This document shows, one piece after another, positions 45,037 through 53,891 of a stretch of 64,000 bases of DNA. The stretch is from an uncultured delta proteobacterium (lineage in GTDB: Bacteria; Desulfobacterota; Binatia; Binatales; Binataceae), in contig CAVVMA010000018.1 in assembly GCA_963749215.1 (NCBI GenBank), positions 238,922 through 302,921 on the forward strand. The letters run 5' to 3'. Each line of letters begins with the position of its first letter. Positions within the stretch are counted from its first letter, which is position 1. The notes below the pieces were generated by a model that was given only the letters and a program-made list of their open reading frames with translations, ran no database searches and was not told the DNA's origin. Position numbers and translations under genes: made by a program.

Positions 45037-46645
45037 GCTAACTATCGACGGCAAGCAGCTCGACGCGCCCGACGGGATCAACCTGATCGACGCGGCCGAG
45101 CGGGCCGGTATCGAGATTCCCCACTACTGCTACCATCCGGGGCTTTCGGTTCCCGGCAACTGCCGGATGTGCCTGATCGAAGTCGAGAAGATGCCGAAGC
45201 TCCAGATCGCGTGCAACACCAAAGTGGCCGAAGGAATGGTGGTGCATACCGCCAACGCCCGGGTGAAGCAGGCGCAGGCCTCGGTGCTCGAATTCCTGCT
45301 GATCAACCATCCGATCGATTGTCCGATCTGCGATCAGGCCGGCGAGTGCAAGCTCCAGGACTATTACATGGATTACGACGATCGGCCGTCGCGCTTCCCG
45401 CTGGGCGAGAAGAACCGCAAAGGCAAGGCGATCGATATCGGCTCCGGCGTGAAGCTCGACCAGGAGCGATGCATCCTGTGCGCCCGCTGCACCCGGTTCT
45501 TCGACGAGATCACGCACACTTCCGAGCTGGCGATTTTCGGGCGCGGCGATCACAACGTGATCGATACCTATCCGGGCGCGAAAGTCGACAACAAGTACGC
45601 CGGCAATATCGTCGATATCTGCCCGGTCGGCGCATTGACCGAAGCGGCTTTCCGTTTCCGGATGCGGGTCTGGTACCTGGATCGTACGCCCTCGATCTGC
45701 GGCGGCTGCGAGCGCGGATGCTCGATCGATATCGATCACCATCGCGGACGCATCTACCGTTTCAAGCCGCGCTACAATCCGGCGGTGAACAGCTACTGGA
45801 TGTGCGACGAGGGGCGGCACGGGTTTCCCGCGCTCCAGAGCGAGAGCCGGCTGGCCGCGCCGCTGGTGCAATCGGGCGATCGGATGGTGCCCCAGGGATG
45901 GGCCGCAGCAATCCGGCGCGCGGCCGAGACTATCACCGAGACCGTGAACCTCAGCGGCGCGGCGTCGATCGGCGGGATCGTCGGCGCGGATGCGACCAAC
46001 GAGGAAGCGTTCGCGCTCAAGCGCCTGATCGCGGCGACGATCGGATCGAAACATCTCGGCGGATTCAATTGGTCACCGCCCGGCGCGAGCGGCGACGACA
46101 AGCTGCTGATTCGCGGCAACAAGAATCCGAACACGCGAGGTCTGCAGGCGCTGGGACTCGCGCCCGACGGTATCGAGCGGCTCGCGGCCGCGGTCGCGTC
46201 GGGCGAGCTGAAGGTGCTGATCGCGTTGCGGGCGGATTTGGCGCGGGCACTCGGCGAGGAGGAGTTCGGCCGCCGGTTCGGCGCTCTCGACTATCTGATC
46301 GTGCTCGATACCGACGCGAACGAGACCGCTCAGATGGCCAACCAGGTGCTGCCGATTGCCGCCTACCCGGAGCTCGACGGGAGCTTCACGAATTTCCAGG
46401 GGCGCGTGCAGCGAATCCATCGGGCGTTCGATCCGGTCGGCGAAGCGCTGGCAGGAACCGAAGCGATCGCCCGGCTGGGACATGCGATCGACGGCGTAGT
46501 GCGCATCGGCGCAGCCGAGCACGTTTTCACCGAGATGGCCGCATCGGAGCCGGCGTTTCAGGGCCTGTCGCTCGGCGGCCTCTCGCCGCACGGCGCGATG
46601 CTCGCGACCGCGACAGCCGAAACATCCCGGATTGCGCAGACGTAG
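45029..46645 (+). CDS. nuoG: NADH-quinone oxidoreductase subunit G-like (short form, 538 aa)
   Basis: HYCYHPGLSVPGNCRMCLIEVE...ACNT (2Fe-2S). HPIDCPICDQAGECKLQD. CILCARCTRF. ICPVGALT. A truncated molybdopterin-like domain follows. Overlaps nuoF by 8 nt. Confidence 0.85.
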   Translation: MPKLTIDGKQLDAPDGINLIDAAERAGIEIPHYCYHPGLSVPGNCRMCLIEVEKMPKLQIACNTKVAEGMVVHTANARVKQAQASVLEFLLINHPIDCPICDQAGECKLQDYYMDYDDRPSRFPLGEKNRKGKAIDIGSGVKLDQERCILCARCTRFFDEITHTSELAIFGRGDHNVIDTYPGAKVDNKYAGNIVDICPVGALTEAAFRFRMRVWYLDRTPSICGGCERGCSIDIDHHRGRIYRFKPRYNPAVNSYWMCDEGRHGFPALQSESRLAAPLVQSGDRMVPQGWAAAIRRAAETITETVNLSGAASIGGIVGADATNEEAFALKRLIAATIGSKHLGGFNWSPPGASGDDKLLIRGNKNPNTRGLQALGLAPDGIERLAAAVASGELKVLIALRADLARALGEEEFGRRFGALDYLIVLDTDANETAQMANQVLPIAAYPELDGSFTNFQGRVQRIHRAFDPVGEALAGTEAIARLGHAIDGVVRIGAAEHVFTEMAASEPAFQGLSLGGLSPHGAMLATATAETSRIAQT

Positions 46646-46699
46646 CGCCGAATCCGGTCTTCAAGGTCAGCGCGCGCAGAGTTTCTCTACTTCAGCTAA

Positions 46700-46895
46700 C
46701 TTGATCCTGTTTCGCGCGTACAAGGTCGAAAACCTGCGAGCGGCGGTTGCGCTGCATTTCGCATGGTACAATTTCGTCCGAATCCATCGGACGCTGCGCG
46801 AGACCCCGGCGATGGCTGCTGGCATCACGAATCGGCTATGGTCGGTCGGCGAGTTGATTGAAGCTGCGGAATCCGAGGAGGGCATAGCGGCATGA
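46700..46895 (+). mobile_element. C-terminal fragment of a DDE transposase (IS1/IS1595-like tail); no catalytic domain or inverted repeats present
   Basis: ...LRAAVALHFAWYNFVRIHRTLRETPAMAAGITNRLWSVGELIEAA is the characteristic conserved tail of such transposases. It starts abruptly just after the nuoG stop. Confidence 0.6.
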
Positions 46896-46911
46896 CGGGC
46901 CAAGGGGAACC

Positions 46912-47460
46912 ATGAAAACCAAGACGTTGATCCCTGATCCTGTGGGTGCCGCTCACATTCATATAAGCCTTTTGGCGCCGGCCGATGCCGTCTTATATCG
47001 AGCCATTCGATTGGACGCGCTTCGATGCAATCCAGAAGCATTCGGCAGCACGTTTGAAGCTGAAAATGCCCAACCCTTGAGTTGGTTCTCAGACAGGCTT
47101 GGGGGTTCTGAAGTGTTTGGTGCCTTCCATGGCTCGGACCTCATCGGTATCGCTGGATTGTTGATCGGAAAAAGCCCAAAGGAGGCTCATAAGGGCCTGC
47201 TCCGGGGCATGTACGTTCGGCCTGGCTCCAGAAGGACCGGCGTCGGGCGGCGACTGGTGGAGATCATCGTCGAAGTTGCCCGACGGCGGGGGCTCGAACT
47301 GATCCAACTGAGCGTTGTTAGCGACAACGAACCAGCGCGGCGGCTCTATGCCGGTCTGGGCTTCTTGGAATATGGAATCGAAAAGAACGCTCTAAAGCAG
47401 GAGGGCCATTACTACGACGAGGTTCTTATGGTAAAGGACCTCACGCCAGATTCAAATTAA
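46912..47460 (+). CDS. GNAT-family N-acetyltransferase
   Basis: GMYVRPGSRRTGVGRRLVEIIVEVARRRGLELIQLSVVSDNEPARRLYAGLGF. Lower GC. Confidence 0.85.
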   Translation: MKTKTLIPDPVGAAHIHISLLAPADAVLYRAIRLDALRCNPEAFGSTFEAENAQPLSWFSDRLGGSEVFGAFHGSDLIGIAGLLIGKSPKEAHKGLLRGMYVRPGSRRTGVGRRLVEIIVEVARRRGLELIQLSVVSDNEPARRLYAGLGFLEYGIEKNALKQEGHYYDEVLMVKDLTPDSN

Positions 47461-47582
47461 GACACTACCCGCGAATGGCTCTGCTCTCCCAGCTCCGGCG
47501 CCGCTCCGCGCTATGCGCAGCTTCTGCGCTCGCCGTACTGGAGCCCGCAAAAGCTCCGTGCCTACCCCTTGGGCCGCCTGCT

Positions 47583-49938
47583 TCAATGGCAGCTGATTAC
47601 TTCGATCGGTCCGGGAACGGCGGTGATGGTCTGGACGATAAACGCGTTGTTGTCGTCACCCGAAATCGATACCTGTTGGGCGCTGTCCGTGCCGGCCTTG
47701 AGATCTGAGAATCCACTCACGGTCGGCAGCGTCCCCTGCAGCAGGTGAGTCGAGTTGTCCGACGCGTTGATGGCGGCGATCTCGACCGTGCCGTCACTGC
47801 GCGAGTAGCCGCTGTCAGCGGAAAAGTTGCTCCCAACGGTCTCGGTGGTAAACCCGCCGCTGCCGCTCGCGTCGCCAAAGTCGGCGAAGGCCAGCATGCT
47901 CGAGCTGGAACCAACTTCATTCGCTCCCACATCAACTACGGTTGGATCGAGCAAGCCCAGGAAGAACCCGTTCACAATGGCGAAGCCGTCGGCGCTCGTA
48001 CCCATATGGAGGGTGAAAGGACCCGACCAGCTTTCAGCGCCGTTCGACGAGTACACGCCCACTCCTCCGGGAAGGTTGCCGTCGTTGACGCCGATGCTGC
48101 TCCACCCAACGGCGAGGTTGGAGCCGGAAGCAACTATACAAGGCGATCCCGAGAAGCTGCTGGTAATCAGTGACGAAGCGCCGAAGCTAACGCCACCATT
48201 CGTCGAAACGTTCAGATTTATCCCACCCGCTCCCGCGGCGGAGACGACATAAACGTTGGTGGGTCCGCCGTTGGGTCCGTCAACCGCCACCTGCGGAGCG
48301 AGCGGCACGATCCCGGGGATTCGCCACCGAGGTTCTGAATGGTTCCGGGGGCCGCTGCCGTTGAATGTCACGTAATCGATCGAAAGTGCAATGCTGGTCT
48401 TGTTTTCCAGACGATATGGACGTTTCCCATCGAATCGTAGTCGGACGATGGAGTCACGTTGCTCGATGTAAGGGTCGCTGGTGATGTTGTAGGGCGAGCC
48501 CCAGGTCGCACCGTTGTAGAGAGGATGCCTTGGATCGAGGAAAGGCTGCCACCTGTACCTGCCGCGACAAAGAGCTTGTTGCCGGAACTCCGATAGCCGG
48601 GCGCCGCGCCGCGTGAGGAGACCAACACGGGCGACGTGCAAGTGCTGAACAGCGGAGCCGGCGATGGCGTCGCGGTTGGGGTCGCGCTACAGTGGCGGTC
48701 GAAGTCGCCGTCGGCGTGGGAGTTGGACTGGCGATCACAGTCGGACTTGCAGTCGGAGAGGCGGTCGGCGTGCCGGTCGGAGTGGCGGCGGTCGGAGTCG
48801 TGGCGGGAGTCGAAGTGACGGCCGGGGTCGGCGTGGCGGCGGCGGGCGGAGTCGGCGTCTGGATCGCAAACGGCGGGGTCGGCGTAGGCGTCGGGGTCAG
48901 GGTTGGGCTCTGAGTAGGTGTCGGGGTCGGCGTAGGCGTCGGGGTCGAGATGGCGGGCGTCGGGGTTGGTGTGGCTGTCGCGCAGCAAATCTCGAGCGCG
49001 ATACCCTGCGGCCCCTTGAGCTTGGTCTTCGCCCCGGCCACCATGACCAGCGGCTTTACGTTGCCGCCGGCGCCGGATGGATAGACGGTGGCGCTGTTGT
49101 TGCCGTGGTTCGCGACGAAGATCTGCCCGCTGCGACAATCCACCGCGATGCCGAAAGGATTGCTGAGCTTGGTCTTGGGCCCGGCGATGATCGCGCTCGG
49201 GGATTCGTTCAGCTTGCCGGTGCCCGCCCTCAGTGGCTGGTAGACCGTCACGCTGTTGTTCCCGTTGTTCGCCACATCGATATCGTCGCCGGGCGCCAGG
49301 GCGATCCCAGTGGGTTTGTGGAGTTTGGTTTTGTTGCCGATGATGGTGGCGATCGGCGATACATTGCCGTTGACCCCGCGCCCATAGATCGTCACGCTGT
49401 TGTTCCCGTTGTTGGCCACGTAGATGTTCAGCGCCGTATCCAGCGCGATACCGAAGGGAGACTTCAGACCCGTGCTGGCGCCCGCGATGGTGATCACCGG
49501 CACTGCGTCGCCGTGGCTATCCGGCGCATAGACCGTGACGCTGTCATTCTTGCTATTGGCGACGTAGATGAAGCCGAGACAGTCGACCGCGATGCCCAGC
49601 GGCGAAGACAGCCCGGTGCTGGGGCCCACGATGGTAACAATCGGCGAGACGTTGCCATTGGTTTCCGCCCCATAGATGGTGACGCTGTTCGCGCTGGCAT
49701 TGGCCACGTAGAGGTTGTCGTTTTGGTCGACCGCGATTCCGTAGGGCTGATCGAGCCCGGTGTTGGAGCCGTCGATCAACTCGACGGGCGGTACATTGCC
49801 GTTCGCACCCGCCGCATAGCCGGTCACGACGTTGCTGTGATTGGTTACAAAAAATTGGCTGACGGTCGCGCCGCGGGCATCGGTGGGGCGCCCACCGACC
49901 ACGGCGATTAGCAGGAGGAGGGTGAAGGTGATCTTCAT
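47583..49938 (-). pseudogene. Large secreted protein: NHL-repeat propeller + ~100-aa Thr/Pro linker + BNR/sialidase-like propeller, with two -1 frame changes (~48690 and ~48408)
   Basis: Signal peptide [16 protein letters not shown]. Six to seven NHL-like repeats (P.GIAVD....YVAN...NSVTVY). TPTPTP linker. Then CTSPVLVSS...MGNVHIVW, STNGGVSF, SSNGAESW, SRSDGTVE (Asp-box-like), spread over ORFs 48454..50094, 48368..49138 and 47583..48641. Confidence 0.7.
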
Positions 49939-50191
49939 GAGCCTTGCGGCTCGCGAGGTTGACCGTGTCACACCCAAAAAGATCACGAACCTGCGATCGG
50001 TGGTGGCCATAGCCTCCTGTCCAAGACGGGATAGCCGCCAAGGGATCGACATTCCCCGCCTTTTGAGAGAGTTTGGGCGCGACCATAGCGCCATTAGCCG
50101 CCTAAAGGCAAATCGACCAAAATCCGATCACCAGTCCTCAATTCTCACCGATGCGTTGCGAGATCCACCTGTAAGTCGACGACACCGACGC

Positions 50192-50314
50192 GCGGCGCTC
50201 ACGGAGGGAGCGAAATCGCTCGAGGAACCGGCAGACAAGCCCTGTGGCGATCGCAGAGCGGCGCTGATCGACTCGGTGGGCAACACCTGGTGGATCGCGA
50301 CCCGGAAGCAGGAT
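50192..50314 (+). pseudogene. Remnant of a VOC/PhnB-like gene (C-terminal ~40 codons only)
   Basis: AALTEGAKSLEEPADKPCGDRRAALIDSVGNTWWIATRKQD resembles the terminal beta-alpha-beta module (..yGdR.g.v.DpfG..WwIat) of glyoxalase/PhnB proteins. There is no N-terminal part or start. Confidence 0.45.
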
Positions 50315-50401
50315 AAGTGTCGGCATTGGACTCGGCGCGATAACTTTTCGCCGCCTCGCGCGTTATTTAGTGAGGGGGGAATCTGAAGCGGAGAAATATC
50401 G

Positions 50402-51454
50402 ATGGCAACCGAGGAAAAAATCGCTCAGCCTTCCGCGCTGCCGCCGTCATTGGCGCTCTATCAGATGGCGGTCGGCCACTATTTTTCTCGCGCGCTCGCT
50501 CTGGTCACGAAACTGAACGTTGCCGACCTGTTGAAGGACGGGCCGCGGCCATTCGGGGAACTCGCCAAAGCCACCGGCACGGACGCGCCGGCCCTTAATC
50601 GCGTGATGCGCCTGATGACCAGCGCGGGTGTGTTCGAGGAGCGTGAGGGCGGCAACTTCGCGCTGACGCCGCTTGGCGAGTATCTCCGCACCGGAGTGCC
50701 CGGCTCGATGCGGGCTTCGGTCATGCTGTTCGCCGGTGAGGGAATTCAGGAATCGTGGAAGGAACTGGAATATTGCGTCCGCACCGGCGAGCCCGCGTTT
50801 CGCCGCATCTCGCCCACCGCCGACGCCTTCACCGCTATGGCTCAGAATCCCGAAATGGCCGCGGCTTTCGACGAAGCGATGTCAACCTTCGCGCCGCTGA
50901 CCGCGGCCGCGGTCGCCGCGTCGTATGACTTCTCGGCCTTCGGCGCGCTCGTAGACGTAGGCGGCGGCAACGGCGCTATCCTGATCGGGATCCTGAAGGC
51001 GAGCCCGAATCTGCGCGGAATCGTGTTCGATCGGCCGCAGGCGGCGGAGAGCGCAAAAAAGCGGATCGCGGCGGCGGGTTTGGAATCACGATGCGAAGCG
51101 GTCGGCGGAGACTTCTTCAAATCGGTCCCGTCCGGCGTTGACGCTTATCTGCTCAAGCACGTGATCCACGACTGGAACGACGAACGCGCCGTCGCGATTC
51201 TGAAGAACTGTCATCGTGCGATGAACCCGAACAGCAAGCTGCTGATTGTCGAGGGCGTCTACCCGCCGCGAATCGATCAATCGGACCTCGCGCGCGGCGC
51301 CGCCGCGAACAACGTCAACATGCTGGTCTGCACCGGCGGCCGGCAGCGGTCGGAAGCTGAATTCCGCTCGCTCTACGACGCGGCAGGATTCAAACTGACC
51401 CGGATCGTCCCGACTCCGGCGCGGGTATGCGTGATCGAAGGCGCGCGGGTGTAG
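50402..51454 (+). CDS. Class I SAM-dependent O-methyltransferase (COMT/Methyltransf_2 type with N-terminal dimerisation wHTH)
   Basis: LVDVGGGNGAILIGIL (motif I), VGGDFFKSVP, LLKHVIHDWNDERAVAILKNC. Confidence 0.85.
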   Translation: MATEEKIAQPSALPPSLALYQMAVGHYFSRALALVTKLNVADLLKDGPRPFGELAKATGTDAPALNRVMRLMTSAGVFEEREGGNFALTPLGEYLRTGVPGSMRASVMLFAGEGIQESWKELEYCVRTGEPAFRRISPTADAFTAMAQNPEMAAAFDEAMSTFAPLTAAAVAASYDFSAFGALVDVGGGNGAILIGILKASPNLRGIVFDRPQAAESAKKRIAAAGLESRCEAVGGDFFKSVPSGVDAYLLKHVIHDWNDERAVAILKNCHRAMNPNSKLLIVEGVYPPRIDQSDLARGAAANNVNMLVCTGGRQRSEAEFRSLYDAAGFKLTRIVPTPARVCVIEGARV

Positions 51455-51491
51455 GTCTCCGTTCGCTCGCGCCAAAAAGGGAGCGCGCTCT

Positions 51492-51944
51492 ATGGCCAAG
51501 GACCTTTGGAAGACACCGCCGGTCGTTCCCTCGCTCGTCTACGAAGACGTGCCGGGCGCGGTCGAATGGCTGAGCCGTGCATTCGGCTTCCGCGAGCGCT
51601 CCGACGCGCGTCTCACCGGGGCCGGATTCGTGCTCGCGTGGATGGAAGTGGGCGACGGTCTTATCACTCTCACGACCGGCGGCGGCTCCGCCTGCAGCCC
51701 CAAGAGCGCCGGCAAGACAACCCAATCGGTGAAGGTCTACGTCGACGACGTCGATCGCCACTTCGAGCGGGCGAAGGCCGCTGGTGCGTCGATCGTCTCG
51801 GAGCTGGAAGAGGGTTTTTGGGGCGGGCGCTTCTACCGGGCACAGGATCGCGAAGGACATCAGTGGGAATTCTCGCAGATCGATCGGGAGTGGGCAGCTC
51901 AAGAGTGGAAGCTGCCGCCGCGCACAAAGAGGGGCGTGAGCTGA
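51492..51944 (+). CDS. VOC-family (glyoxalase/bleomycin-resistance fold) protein
   Basis: VPSLVYEDVPGAVEWLSRAFGF...VKVYVDDVDRHFERAKAAGASIV...FWGGRFYRAQDREGHQWEF. Confidence 0.8.
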   Translation: MAKDLWKTPPVVPSLVYEDVPGAVEWLSRAFGFRERSDARLTGAGFVLAWMEVGDGLITLTTGGGSACSPKSAGKTTQSVKVYVDDVDRHFERAKAAGASIVSELEEGFWGGRFYRAQDREGHQWEFSQIDREWAAQEWKLPPRTKRGVS

Positions 51945-52008
51945 TCCGCAGGGTTCCGCCGCGTGTCGTCCGCCGCTAAGCTTGAGACCGAGGCGAAAGC
52001 GGCGCGCG

Positions 52009-52158
52009 GTGAAAGCGGTCATAATCGGCGGCGGGATTATCGGAGCGGCGGTCGCGTGGCGACTGGGCCTCGACGGCGGGCGCAAGCCGCCAGGCGGGAT
52101 CGCGTGCTGTTCTCCGGAGCGATTCGGCCAGCCGCCTGGGAATCGGGGCAAGCTTTGA
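52009..52158 (+). pseudogene. 49-codon remnant of an FAD-dependent oxidoreductase (N-terminal Rossmann GxGxxG only)
   Basis: GTG-KAVIIGGGIIGAAVAWRLGLDGG, then unrelated sequence and a stop at 52156. Confidence 0.5.
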
Positions 52159-52511
52159 AGGCGCTCGGGTTGGTCCGCGACCTGTTCTTTCGCGCCAAGA
52201 TCGACGCGGTCGCGCGCGCGACCGGCGCCGAGGTCTCCTATGCGTCGACGCTGGATTCGGCGCTCGGACAATGCGCGGAGGGCTCGTTCGCGATAGTCTT
52301 CGCCGACTTGTCGGACGCATCCCTTGCCACTCACGAATCGGTGTCGCGGCTGCGCGCGGCCGCACCCGGCGCGCGCCTGCTTGGCTTCGCCTCGCACGTC
52401 GATCTGAAGGCGCTGCGCTCGGCGCGCGAGGTCGGGTTCGATCAGACTCTCTCGCGCGAGCAGTTCACCTCCCGCCTGCCTGAATTGCTGTCCTCCGATC
52501 GCTCTTCCTGA
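52155..52511 (+). CDS. Hypothetical 118-aa protein (receiver-like alpha/beta pattern, no phospho-acceptor recognised)
   Basis: LKALGLVRDLFFRAKIDAVARATG...FAIVFADLSD...LLGFASHVDLKALRSAREVGFDQTL. TTG start at 52155 overlaps the upstream TGA. Confidence 0.4.
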   Translation: MKALGLVRDLFFRAKIDAVARATGAEVSYASTLDSALGQCAEGSFAIVFADLSDASLATHESVSRLRAAAPGARLLGFASHVDLKALRSAREVGFDQTLSREQFTSRLPELLSSDRSS

Positions 52512-52702
52512 CCGGAGGTCCCAGGACAGGCAGCGAAACCGACCGGCGCGACGCCGGTCCTGCTTCGGAAGGGAACCGGTCCTGAGGTCGGTGCGATCCG
52601 AAGTAGGGCCGGCGTCCCGCCGGCCCAGCCCCGCCCGAGCGAGATTTCTGCAACCCTGCGCCCGCGCCGAGCGTCTTACATATCGAACACGCCAGGAGGT
52701 AA

Positions 52703-53074
52703 TTGGTCGTGCCTGAAGAAGGATCGGGAACTCAGGGTGGCGCAAGCCACGGCGACTCAGGTCAGGAGCGGCTCGAAAGGCGCCTGGACCGTATCGAAGC
52801 CGAAATTATCCGGGAGAATCGATGGTGGCGGGGCGGTTTAATCGCCGCGCTGGTGTTGTTGGCGTTGGCGATTCTGGTCGCGGGGCATCATCGCAGGCGC
52901 CACGAAATGGGACCGATGGGCCCGGCCGGATGGGGACAACGGATGCCTTACGGCCAATTCGGTGGATATCCTCCGCCATGGGCTTTCGGCGGTCGCGGCG
53001 GCCCGTGCGGAGGCGACGACGGTCACGGTCGAGGGTTCAGGCCGGAACCCGGACCGGGAGGACCGCCGAGGTAG
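52703..53074 (+). CDS. Hypothetical single-pass membrane protein with Gly/Pro-rich tail
   Basis: AGGAGG Shine-Dalgarno sequence at 52693. GTG at 52709 is a likely alternative start. TM segment GGLIAALVLLALAILVAG. Confidence 0.45.
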   Translation: MVVPEEGSGTQGGASHGDSGQERLERRLDRIEAEIIRENRWWRGGLIAALVLLALAILVAGHHRRRHEMGPMGPAGWGQRMPYGQFGGYPPPWAFGGRGGPCGGDDGHGRGFRPEPGPGGPPR

Positions 53075-53206
53075 CGCTGCAACGCGCTTGGCGGCTTTGA
53101 GCGACTCGCGAGCCACCGCGGCCCTCGGTCAGAAATCGCAAGCCTGGGGGGCGGGCGCCGGAGGCCGGTATCTGCCGGCGCCGTAGGTCGCATCATCCAA
53201 TTCGGT

Positions 53207-53797
53207 TCAGTAGATCCACTTGTCCTGTTTTTTGTCCCAGCGGAAAATCTCGGTCGTGTTGGTAATGCTGTTCGGCTTGGGTGTCGCGTGGCGCGCTTCA
53301 TCGAGCGTCTTGCCTTCCAGCCGATACTCGAACTCCTGGTAGTATAGCTTGCCCACAGGGATTCCCTTGGACGACTGCTTGCACGTGCAGCTCTGGATAC
53401 TGCCGTAGCCTACGTAGGTCGAGGTCTGGAGTCCGTTGCTGTCCTTCCAATCGAGGTGCGCGATATTGTTGCGCTCGCGGTCCTTCAGCTTCGTCCCCCA
53501 ATCGTTGCAGAAGGCGGGAAACTCCTTCTCCGCTTTTGCGAAGAGCCGGTCTCCGAACATTCGCGGAGACAGCTTCTTGAGCTCCGCCGCCACGCGATGA
53601 ACTGCCCTTCTGGCCACGCCCGGCGTGGCGGCGGCGGCCGCGGCCTTAGGAGCCGCGGCCTGCTGCGGAGCACTGGCCTGAGGAACGTCCGCCTGCGAGG
53701 CCCCGTCGAGCGCTGGCGAACCGCACCAGGCGGCGGTTGCGGCGGACAGCAACGTGGCGGAAGCGAGCGCTGAGATAATTGTAGCTTTTGGGCGCAT
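53207..53797 (-). CDS. Secreted hypothetical protein
   Basis: Signal peptide MRPKATIISALASATLLSAATAAWC, Ala/Pro/Gln linker, Cys-containing globular C-terminus. No domain recognised. Confidence 0.5.
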   Translation of the reverse strand: MRPKATIISALASATLLSAATAAWCGSPALDGASQADVPQASAPQQAAAPKAAAAAATPGVARRAVHRVAAELKKLSPRMFGDRLFAKAEKEFPAFCNDWGTKLKDRERNNIAHLDWKDSNGLQTSTYVGYGSIQSCTCKQSSKGIPVGKLYYQEFEYRLEGKTLDEARHATPKPNSITNTTEIFRWDKKQDKWIY

Positions 53798-53891
53798 ATT
53801 TTAACTTATTGCATACCTCCGCGCGCGACCCAAGAGGCAATTTTCCGCCGTTGTTGCTGTCCTGCAACCTCGCCGGCCAGGACTCTTCAGC

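Noticed and set aside
48660-48960. Degenerate GGNGTNGG tandem repeats as a non-coding satellite or contingency locus.
   Set aside because: They are the antisense image of the Thr/Pro-rich linker inside the NHL/BNR gene, which is coding low complexity. They may, however, have provoked the nearby frame error.
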